From NCBI RefSeq assembly GCF_963676685.1, contig NC_092346.1, positions 68,510,001 through 68,574,000 of the forward strand: a DNA stretch of 64,000 nucleotides. The letters run 5' to 3'. A model generated the notes under the pieces. That model searched no databases. It was not told where the DNA came from and saw nothing but the letters and a program-made list of their open reading frames with translations. Shown one piece after another: positions 12,379-23,769 of the stretch (position 1 is its first letter; the number at the start of each line of letters is the position of its first letter). The DNA comes from Mytilus edulis (lineage: Eukaryota). Position numbers and translations under genes: made by a program.

Positions 12379-12967
12379 TAACACATTATTACTATAAATT
12401 ATTTTTTAATATCTTACTTATTTATTGATAAAACATTGGCTGCTTTTAGAGGCAGATTTTATTTGATATACCTTGAGTAATACCTCTGGTCTGAAACTGG
12501 TTGAGATAAAAATAAGACTTACTGATATTTGCAAAATTACCATAGTTAATCTTCGCAAAATGTTTGTGTGCCAGTATTAAGTCAGAAACCTTGTTAGTTG
12601 ATACCATTTTATATATATACATGTATATGCATTTAAGATTTCTTGTCCATTCAGAAATTTTTTTAGTTGTTTAGTTGGAAACAGATCTTTGGTAGTGACT
12701 CTTAATTTTGTTTACAACTTTGGGTGATGTAATTCCTGGCATTTTATGTAGAGACTTCTGGCTACCAGTCAGTCAGATTTTACTTTTACCCAAAAAGTGC
12801 ATGCTTAGCAGGGAAGCAGCAATCATTCTTATTGAACTAACAACATCAAAAACTCTTTGTAGCTTCCACTGCTATCAACACATTACAACGGATAAAAAAT
12901 CAGCACAACACCTTCACTATCAACATATTGCAGCAGATAAAAGATATACACAACATTGCATCAGATT

Positions 12968-13430
12968 AAATAAAGGCAACAGTAGTATACCGCTGTTCAA
13001 ACTCATAAATCCATGGACAAAAAACACAGTCGGGCTAACAAACTTAAACTGAGGGAAACGCATTAAATATAAGAGGAGAACAACGACAAAACACTACAAT
13101 GTAACACACACAGAAACGGACCAAGCATCAGACAAAATCCCACGAGAATAACAAATATAACATCAAAACCAAATACATGAATTTCGGATAGACAAGTACC
13201 GTGACACGTCTTATCGCAATGTGTATTTACACTCAAACATAAGAGAAAACAAACGACGCAACGTTAAAATGTAACACACACAGAAACGAACTATAATATA
13301 ACAATGGCCATATTCCTGACTTGGTACAGGACATTTTTAAAGGAAAAAATGGTGGGTTGAACCTGGTTTTGTGGCATGCCAAACCTCCCTCTTTTATAGC
13401 CATGTGAAATATAACATTAAAATGACATGC
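12968..13430 (+). repeat. Interspersed repeat (AAATAAAGGCAACAGTAGTATACC family)
   Basis: Homologous to 54775-54925 and about 118-205. Confidence 0.75.
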
Positions 13431-13434
13431 TTCA

Positions 13435-13715
13435 TTTATGGGCATTATGTTTTTTGGTCTGTGCGTCCGTTCGTCCGTTAGTTTTCCATTCGTTTGTCCT
13501 TCCGTCTGTCCCACTTCAGGTTAAATTTTTGATTCGAGGTAGTTTTTGATGAAGTTGAAGTGCAATCAACTTGAAACTTAGTACACATGCTCCCTTTGGC
13601 ATGATCTTTCTAATTTTAATGCCAAATTAGAATTTTACGCCAATTTTACAGTCCACTGAACATAGAAAATGATAGTGCGGATGGGGCGGCCGTGTACTAT
13701 GGACACATTCTTGTT
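13435..13715 (+). mobile_element. Helentron-type non-autonomous element (HINE/DINE-like) with one central monomer
   Basis: Same family as 50212-50685: GTCC-rich microsatellite, 169-bp core, 3' hairpin GTGT(A/C)C..GGACAC. Confidence 0.75.
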
Positions 13716-14277
13716 TTAAATCCTTATTTGGAATTATTTGCCACGAATTGGTACGCCATATTATCCATATATTTTATTGTGAAATTATAACTGGCATCAC
13801 GTTTCTTAAGTAGCCGTAATATCGCAATATAGTATGTCAAAGCAACGACGATATCTTTATCCACCGTATTTAGGAATTTTTGCAAAGAGTTGCTTTATAA
13901 TATATCGTGACCAAAAATCCAAAAATATGGTGCATAAAGATATTGAAGTTCTTGGTCTACATACCATGAGATATAGTAATTTTAATCTTGTTCTTCTGTA
14001 TATTTCCCATTGTGTGAATTATATTTACTTTTTTTCTTTAATATAAATATCGAAGTTCCCAAAGAGGCCAGATTTGACAAAATAATTTGGTATCACTTGT
14101 TTTTGTATAAACTGTACTCCACAAATGCTTCTGAATGCCAAGTAATACACTATTGTCAATCATTGGCCCTATGTTTCTTATATCTGCAATCCTTATCTTC
14201 TAGTGCTATACTTTCACATACAGATAAGACTGTTTGATAGATAAATCGCACTACATTTATAAATCGTTATACAATGA

Positions 14278-17200
14278 ATGGGATCATTATTTGTCTTTTT
14301 TCAAATTTACTTTTTTACAGGTAAGAATGTTTAGTCAGTAGTTTTTCTTCAATCAAGGATTGTTTTAAACGTTAACTGTTAATACTTAAGCATTTTATGT
14401 ATTAGTTTAATATGAGGAAGATCAGAGACTTCTATTATACACTACGACTCATTGTCTGAGAAAAGACGCAAATGAGACACTATCGAAACTTAAACTTGAA
14501 GATGTCTCTTGAAGGGCAATTTCTTTTCAATAACTACATAGAACAATGAACATTGTGAATAACTGGAGGCCACGTTAACAAATTAACAGACATTTGACCG
14601 AACCCCACAATCTCGATCATTTATCATGTTATTTGGTTTTGCTATTCAGGTCCAATTCGATAGCTTTAATAAGATTGGAATAATAGTTACTTGTTGACTG
14701 AATTGATGTGCACCTTTTTAGTTTTCTGCTACTAATTTAAAGTTCTGTTAATCTTGAATGTATTGAAAAAAAAACCAATCAAAGGTAACGGATTAATAGA
14801 TCATGCTGCTTTGACGAAAATCATTGTTTCTCTTCCGATTATTTACCCGATGAGGTTAAGTTTTGCGCAAAAGTTCAAATCTAAGAAACTACTTACTTTT
14901 TTTTTTATAGAGGAACGATCTGTTGTCAGTTGAAGCAGAAGACAAATAAGCGAGCAAATAAGATAATTTTGCATTGTTTTCACTCACTTAAATGCATTTG
15001 GTTGATTTGTTTTGCGTAATAGGCAATGTGTAAGAGCTGGGTATTACTATTGAATTCTCAGTCAGTTTGTGTGATGCAGGTACAAATCAATGCGTTCATT
15101 GTTAATAAATAAACTCATCAAAGATACCAGGACTAAATTTTATATATACGCCAGGCGCGCGTTTCGTCTACAAAAGACTCATCAGTGACGCTCGAATCCA
15201 AAAAAGTTTTAAAAAACCCAAATAAAGTACGCAGTTGAAGAGCATTGAGATCCAAAATTCCTAAAAGTGTTGCCAAATACAGCTAAGGTAATCTATGCCT
15301 GAGGTAGAAAAGCCTTAGTATTTCAAAATATTCAAAATTAGATTAAACTCAAATAAGCGCGAGGGAATCTAACGTTCTTTATTTTTTCAAATACAAAAAT
15401 GTATATGCAGCTCCTATAAAAAAATTATCAACGATTATGTATAACGACCAGAACTTGTAATTAAGTTAGCAGAAATAATTTGAACAAATCATCATAAAAG
15501 GAAATTTATCAAGTCCGAAAATCAGTTAATAAATAAATTCAAATTGGAAATAAATATTTAGAGCACGATTACATACAAAATTCATAATAATGTTGTTTTT
15601 TTACGACGTTATAAGCCTTCAACCAAGAGTATTTAGTTGTCTCCAGAGCAGCGTACATCACTCTGAAAATCGAAACTATAGATAAGGCTTTTATAATTAT
15701 TCTTATTTTAAAACTTCGCTATTGTTTAATTCTATTAGTTTTCTGTAACTGTCCAAGTGGATGGTCAAGGTATGATAAATCATGTTACCACATCAGTAGA
15801 GATTCAGCATCGTGGGCCGAGGCCATGGTAAGTTAATAAGTTAACCATAAGAACAAGTTATAAATAGTGACGTTGTTGTATCTTTTATAGTTGCATAATA
15901 ATCACCAGAACAGTTATCAAAACATTAAAATTAATAAAGTTATGACTTCCAAACATAAACGCCCGTCGACAAGTTTACTCATCAATGATGGTCATACGGT
16001 ATCAATCTTATTGTCCTTTGTATGGTCTTTGGTGTACAAGACCGTAAGACTTCACGCCACATCTTATCGTTTAGAATATTATAATGATATTTACACAAGA
16101 TATACCAGAACACCAGATTCAAACTAAAACGACGAATAGACAGACAACAGTTCACAAAACACCACATAGAAAACTGTAAATACGGCAATATGAACTCCAA
16201 CAAAAATAAAAATAACCTGTGGTGACCACTCGGGTAGTCTGGACGGGAAAGCTACGATTGTCAATATTAAGGCAACATGGAACTTGGTGATGGTACAGGT
16301 AAATACTGACTATAATAGTTAAAACTATGATGCAGAAGCCTTTGGTATAAGAACAAGAATTTACAACCTTTTGTCTTGATAAACAGTACATATTTGTTTG
16401 TTTTGAGATTTTGACACAGTGATGACTGCTGTACCCATATTTTGACTATTTTATTATGTCTGTTTTGTTAACGTATCGTTGTAAACATAATGGAATATGA
16501 TGCGACTGCCATACAAGTGAGAGGTTTAGCGCTATAAAACCAGGTTCAATCCACCATTTTCAACATTTGAAAATGCCTGTACCAAATCAGGAATGTGACA
16601 GTTTTGTCCATTCGTTTAATTTGTTTTATCATTTGATTTTGCCATTTGATTAGAGACTTTCCGTTTTGAATTTTCCTCGGAGTATTTTTGTTGTTTACTT
16701 TTTGCAAGTTTGAAGGGAATGCTATGTTTTTAGTAAACTTCTATTACATAATAAAGATAGACGTAATCATTAGTGTGTTGGTATCAAGTATACTGCGATC
16801 GTATGTTAAATACGCCCAGAAATAATTTCTCCTAAATTACATACTGTTCTGTATCTATTGTTATCTTTTAGAAAATGTGTGAGATACACGGGAGTTTCCT
16901 TGCAAACATTGAAACGGATGCCGAAGACCAGTACATTAAAACCCTACTTGGAGCTCAACGACATAGTAAGTAAATACTAGTAATAAGAACATAGATAGGA
17001 ATGAAAGGTATTAGACGAATTTGACTCAAAACTTTACCTTACATATTGACTATTATTTTAAATCTCGTATTTATATTGATCTCAATATCTTCAATCTTCA
17101 ATATTTGCTGGAAATTTCAATTTATTGGGTTTGGTAATTTAATATGCAGTTGTCAATATTTCAGACAAAGCCATGCCTAAGATCCAACATTACAAAAACA

Positions 17201-19069
17201 AATCAATACAGACATAGATTCTGAAGAAGGTCGGCTGGTTTTGTTGTTTTTTTAATTCAAAGATTTGTTGATTCAGAGACATATAATATTTATTATGTCT
17301 CTGGTTAATTTCATTCACAAATTCTGTCAAGCTGGTTTTCCTTCATGGCAGTTGTTGCTCATTTATGAAAATTCGTTGTTTTGAACTGTTGGTAAGCAAT
17401 TGTCATTTATTCAGAAAACGACTTACATACATGCATCACGATTAGGGATCATAGTATCCTACAATTTCATGGTCGAAACCACTTTACTTTATGTGTAGTC
17501 ATTATTTGTTCGACTAATATCAAACTTTAACAAAAACAACCGTTACAACTTATATCTAATCATATCAATCGTAACCAGGATTGAAATGCTATAGTTTGAA
17601 ACGGTAATTCATGAACCGGAAGCCATTTTAGAGGACTTCCCTTCCTATAAAAGTGAACAAAATAGTCATGTACTTTTAGATGACAGAAGAAATCTGAATA
17701 CACAGATTAACAGAATATTCGAATGGACGATTTTTTATTATTTATTTCTGTCAAAGAATAAGATTTACACTGCTGTTTCAGCGACCCATTGAAGGATTGA
17801 ATTGAGAAAAACGACAACTGCCAAAAAAACATATTTACCATTTTGACAGGATTTGTGCATACAACCGTCAATTTAATTTTGAATTTTGAAACAAACATAA
17901 TATACTTTGAAGTTAAAATCAATTGATATCAGTAGTTCATACAACCCCTCTGGTAGATAAAACAGTAATTTTGCACCTTTTATATCCAATACATTTAGCT
18001 GTATCCTACTGGTTAGGTGGATCAGACTGGGACAACGAAGGTGAATGGAAATGGGAACCACATGCAATTCCATTTAATTTCTCCGACTGGCAGAGAGGAC
18101 AACCAAACAATGTTGGAAACAATGAGCATTGTTTATCTGTCCACAGACTCCATCATTATGAGTTTACAGATGACAACTGTCACTATTCACAACACTACTT
18201 GTGTGAAAAGCCGTATGTACTTATTATGTGTTATATTACAACTATATAGGTGCTGTCTCCGGTTACATTTGTCCTTTTCATAATAGTTTTAAATTAGATA
18301 CTCACACTAATCCCGGAGACAACTTTACCCATGCAGGTGGAATGCTATTGATAATTTTAAAAGTGTTAACGTTCTAGAAAGTTCAACGGCTTGTCTTTCA
18401 TGAAACTTTGAATTTTTCGAAAATCTAAGGATTTTTTTTCCCCAGGAGTAGATTACCTTAGCCGTATTTGGCACAACGTTTTGGGAATTTTGGGTCCTCA
18501 ATGCTCTTCAACTTTGTACTTGTTTGGATTTTCAATTGTTTTGATATGCGCGTCACTGATGAGTCTTATGTAGATGGAACGCGCGTCTGGCGTATTAAAT
18601 TATAATCCAGGTACCTTTGATAACTACTTTAGCGTCCAATGCCATATATTTAACACACAGCTTAGCATCCAAGAGAAAAAAACATGGGCGCTAGCTGAAT
18701 CATCATTATTGTCTAATCTCATTTAAGTGTAAATAATCTTAATTATTTTTTTTAGTTAACGTCAGTGACCAGCCTGCTTATAATTTAATTCCACTCTATT
18801 TATCCCTAAAATAATTATTTTTATAGTGAGATACAAATAGTTTGGAAAATGAGTTCTTCATTCCGAAAGAAAAAAGCAAGTTTTAAGATTTTTTACCAAA
18901 TAAGATAATCATGAAAAAAGATTACATGTAGTTACATTTGTAAGTATTATGTATAATAGTGGTTAAAAGTAGTCTTAAAAATAACACCATATCAACAACA
19001 TCATATTTATGTTTCCTGTTTTATTTTAGGGACACCAATAGCACAGAAACAGAAGTTCTAGGAAAATGA
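14278..19069 (+). CDS. Secreted perlucin-like C-type lectin, copy 2 (159 aa). Exons 14278-14320, 15739-15827, 16872-16965, 17999-18212, 19030-19069
   Basis: Exons 2-5 have the same lengths (89, 94, 214, 40 nt) and phases as copy 1. CTLD motifs WLGGSD, GEWKW, QPN, EHC and YLCEK are present. The start codon is less certain because of an out-of-frame ATG at 14274. Confidence 0.88.
15110..15335 (-). mobile_element. Retrozyme-like repeat fragment with a hammerhead motif (15148-15191)
   Basis: Reverse complement reads GCGTCA-CTGATGA-GTCT(tttgt)AGAC-GAAA-CGCGCG-CC-TGGCGT. Confidence 0.75.
16390..16705 (+). repeat. Interspersed repeat (GGTTTAGCGCTATAAAACCAGG family)
   Basis: Homologous to 57425-57640; inverted fragments at about 60175-60290 and 62295-62430. 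Confidence 0.7.
18400..18626 (+). mobile_element. Retrozyme-like repeat fragment with a hammerhead motif (18550-18593)
   Basis: GCGTCA-CTGATGA-GTCT(tatgt)AGAT-GGAA-CGCGCG-TC-TGGCGT, with flanks shared with 2070-2365. Confidence 0.75.
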
Positions 19070-19294
19070 TAAATTAATACTATAAATTATTTTTCAATAT
19101 CTTACTTAATTATTTATAAAGCATTGATTGTTTTTTTTTTGGGGCAGGTTTTTGATGTGTTGTTTTATGTAATTTCCCTGATTGAGGTAAAAATAAGGCT
19201 TAATTTAAAATTACTGGTACTTTCAAAATCACAACATTTCTGACTAAGAGTAAGTCAGCCATATTTTACTTTTACTTGTACGTTTACTTTTAAG

Positions 19295-19810
19295 ATATGC
19301 ACATCTCCTTCCCTATAAACACATTGCAGCAGATAAAAGATATGCACAACACCTTCACAATTAACACGTTGCAGCAGATAAAATATATGCACAACACCTT
19401 CACTATTGATACATTGCAGCAGATAAAAGACATCTCCAACACCTTCACTACCCACACATTGCAGCAGATAAAAGACATGCACAACACCTTCACTATCAAC
19501 ACATTGCAGCAGTTAAAAGATATGCACAACACCTTCACTATTAACACACTGCAGTAGATAAAAAATAGGCACAATATCTTCACTATTAACAGATTTCAGC
19601 ATATAAAAGATATGCACAACTTCACTTTTAACACATTGCAGCAGATAAAATATATGCATATCACCTTCACTATTAACACATTGCAGCAGATAAAATATAT
19701 GCATATCACCTTCACTATTAACAGATTGCAGCAGATAAGACATGTAAAACACCTTCACCTTCAACACGTAGCAGATAAAAGATATGCACAACACATTCAC
19801 TGTCAACACC
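19295..19810 (+). repeat. 45-bp minisatellite, about 11 units
   Basis: ACATTGCAGCAGATAAAAGATATGCACAACACCTTCACTATTAAC with 45-bp period (19321, 19366, 19411, 19456, 19501...). Confidence 0.93.
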
Positions 19811-19896
19811 AAGTTTTTATAAAGGACAAATATAGTTCCATCACAAATCAAACAATATTGCCCTATGGTACAACTTTAATATTTGAATGCCATTGA

Positions 19897-20545
19897 AACA
19901 AGTGAAACTGTGAGCTACTTCTAACTGATGATACCCCTGCCGAAAGTGGATAATATTAATAGTGTAAAAATATGTAAGTGTTCGGTAAACAGGAAGTTGT
20001 CGTGTGATGAATATGAAAACTCATCACACAGTATAGCTGACTTATATAAACCCTGAAACCAAATTTTAGAAAGCCTAGTATTGTAGTTCCTGGGAAAAAT
20101 GTGATGAAAATTTTTAACTTGGCTATCATGTGTAAAATCTTACAAGTGTTTGGTTAACAGGAAGTTGTCGTGTGATGAGTCTGAAAACGCATCACACAGT
20201 AGAGCTGACTTATATAAACCCTGAAACCAAATTTTAGAAATCCTTGTATTGTAGTTCCTGGGAAAAATGTGACGAAAATTTTCAACTTGGCTATCATGTG
20301 TAAAATCTTACAAGTGTTCGGTAATCAGGAAGTTGTCGAGTGATGAATCTGAAAAACGCATCACACGGTATAGCTGACATATATAAACCCTGAAACCAAA
20401 TTTCAGATATCCTTGTATTGTAGTTTGTGAGAAAAATGCTACGAAATATATTTATGGGAAGGACGGACTGAGGGACTGAGGGAAGGATGGATGGACAGAC
20501 AGAGGTAAAACAGTATACCCCTTTTTTTTAAAGTGGGGGTATAAA
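19897..20545 (-). mobile_element. Helentron-type non-autonomous element with three 168-bp internal repeats
   Basis: Units at 19976, 20144 and 20312; GGAC-rich microsatellite at 20457-20500; terminal inverted repeat TATACCCC..GGGGTATA. Confidence 0.8.
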
Positions 20546-23500
20546 AAATAAGCCACCACAAATGTTTGTGTCTCTGTGTATGTTATCTTGATATACTGGT
20601 ACAAAGAAAAGACAATCAAATAACCTCCCTGTTCTAATGTAGGGGTTGTCAAAAGATTTCAACATATATTGATTGAGTAGTATTTTATTGATACTCTTTG
20701 TAACAACACATGTATATATAAACTATCAAATCGTTAAATTTATTTCAAAGTTTTACAACAATTTCACATTAACAACCTCTCATGTTATTTTATCTCTTTA
20801 AATATCAATATGAAGAATAATTTCTAAAAAACAAACTTGTTCATAACCTCATTTCTTTTCTTTAACTTCAGTTTACATAATTTTTGACTGCACTTAATCT
20901 GGGGTTGCAACTCAATCAGGCAAGTTTGACCTTAGAAGGTTTTGGCTGTCAAAGACTTTTTTGTAATCAGATTTTTATTTATCAGATCATAAACATTTTT
21001 TGAAGCAATTGCTTCCAATGTATACATTACAGTATCCTATTGGGAACCAATATCAAATGTCTATGTAGAACTTATATATAAAATATTTACTGTCAGAAAG
21101 ACTGGGTTTGTTCTAAAACAAAGAGCTAATATTCTGTGTTACTTGTCAAACTATTAAGAAGTGGAAAAAAGTGCCATATTATAAATTTCAAAAACGTAAC
21201 ATTTGTTCACTAAAATTATTTGTTCATATCTTAAGAAGAATAACATTAACTTATATTCACATACATGGATTTCTATATTACTGTTGGGACTTTTGAAGCA
21301 TGATCAAAATACATGAAATAACAATTTATAAGATACAATACAATTCAGTACTCTTTTGTGAAAAAAATAATCTAAAAGTATAGTAACCTAATACAAACTA
21401 AGATGTGGTATGATTGCCAATGAAACAACTATCTGTCAGAGACCAAATGATAGCAACTATAGGTCACTGTGCCTGTTCCAAGTTAGGAGCCTTTACTTCA
21501 TTGATGTTTGTTATTGGCGTTTTTATTGTATGAGTATAAACCAAGCTGCTGTATTTTTTCCTCTGAATTTTTCACAAACCTTATATAGTTTACTATATAT
21601 TTGTTTTGCTTAGTGTTGAAGGTACTGTGATCTAATAGTTGTTTACATCTTGTCCTTTGGTCTCTGTTTGGTAGTTGTGTCATTGCATTGGTAATCATAC
21701 AACATCTCCTTAGTTCTATAAGGATGTGAATTTAATGCATGATAATTATAAATAATATACTTATTTATAGGAGATATATTAAATATTAATTGTTAAATTC
21801 AAATATTCACTGAAAGTTTTATTTTCATTCCTTTTATTATTGGATAAACCATAAAACAGGGCACATTATTGACTTGATTTTGTTAGCCACTATGACAGTA
21901 ATTTATATTTGTCAAACATACATTTGACTTTTGTTTAAAAAGATAAATTAAAGGAAGTTATGAAATTATGAATATCACAAAAGTTGCCTCTCAAATATTA
22001 AACACAATTCACACAATATCTATATAACAGTTCAGTCTGTAATTGTTAAATATGTTTTTTTAAACTCTAAATGGGCCTAATTCTATAAACTAGTGTTTTA
22101 AACAAATACAAGATAATTCTGTCAACAATAACAATATTTATATGCCATTCTAGTACATGTATTAAAAATAACAACTCTTTTACATTTATTTTTTATCAAT
22201 AAAACACAACATAATTTGTATATACTAGAAAAGATATCTGAGTATTATTTCACAACAACTCTGTTTTTGTCAGATCATGAAACTTTGTATAATAATGAAA
22301 AACGGTAATAGCATGAGTTTAAACAAATGAATTGTAATTGCTTACAAAAAAAAATCATGATTCTAAGTATTTCACTTCAACAAAACTCTTGAAGTTTCAG
22401 AACTATGGACAGTAAAACACTTAATGCACAATCTCTTTATGGTGGTAGGATACAAATTGATAATCTTAACATTTCAGGAATTTTTCAAATCACAATGAAT
22501 TTTTTTTATTAATATTACTTTTCATAAATTTTTTATCAACATTGGTTGTTAGTATAAAAGGAAACAAGGGAGTATTCATTAAAAAATATGCTAAACAAAA
22601 TTCAATGACGTCATCAACTTGATGATTTTTCTTCATGTCAACTATTAATTTGGAACAACTTGAAATTAAAAAAAAAATCAAATAAAAACCACACACACAA
22701 AAAACCTGTAAGAAAATCTTATAGATAAACAATCTTAAAGTAATGATAGTAATATATCTGATGCAAACTAAATTATTTAAATTTTGAAAAATGTATTCTC
22801 TCTTTTCTAAAGTGTGATCTCTGGTGTTCTCATTCTAATACTTGAAACTTTGAATGGGGAAAAGCTCAAGATCAAGATGCAATAGCAGATACTGAATAAG
22901 AAACATTTTACAAAGGATAACATAAAGTCTGTAACCAACAAATCTATCATCCAAATACACTTATGTACCCAAATAAATCAGCTTCAGTTCTGTATGCCAC
23001 ACAACAAGGTTCAGATAAGTACAATATTCCTGAATTTTGAGTACAAGGGCTGTATTATTTATTCCTGAATTCTAAGTACAAGGGCTGTATTATTGTGAAA
23101 ATGGTGTCAACAGTACTAATTGATTTATTGTTGATCTTCAACACCACTTTCAGCAAACATGGCTATATTCCAGTTATTTTCCGTGGATGAAGCAAAAGTA
23201 CCCTAAGAGAACCACCAATCTTTGGATGGAAAAAAGCCAATCATAGTCAATAAAGATCAGAGCAAAACATACCTTGATACATGTTTGGTTTGATCTGACA
23301 ACCTCAAGGTTGACAGGCTTGTGATCACTATAAATAAACTACCCAGACCACTCGGTCCAAGAATGATCAGCAACTCATCATTATATACTAAGCAACAAAA
23401 AAAAAGATCAAGATTTGTAAGTAAAAATAAATTATGGAAAACTATTTTATTTCTGAATGACAGAACTATGGACAGTAATAAAACTTAAATGCACAATCTA

Positions 23501-23769
23501 TTTATGGCGGTGGGATACAAATTGATAATCTTAACATTTCAGGAATTTTTCAAATCACAATGAATTTTCTTATTAAATATTAATTTCCATAAAAAAAATA
23601 TATTTTCTACTCAAAAACAAATATACTATAAAATCTTGTGTTATTTTAAAAATGTAATAAAGCTTAATGTATAGAGACATCAAAACAATTATGTAACAAC
23701 AAATCTGTATGATGAATTTCTTGATTGAATTCTCCTGAGATCAAATTATCAAAAGGTGTAACCTGCCCT

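Noticed and set aside
19255-19896. Five overlapping ORFs with repetitive peptides
   Set aside because: Artefact of a 45-bp (multiple of 3) minisatellite; no splice or domain evidence.
19925-19950. CTGATGA...GAAA resembling a hammerhead core
   Set aside because: The intervening TACCCCTGCC cannot form stem II and no stem I or III is present; it is part of a Helentron end.
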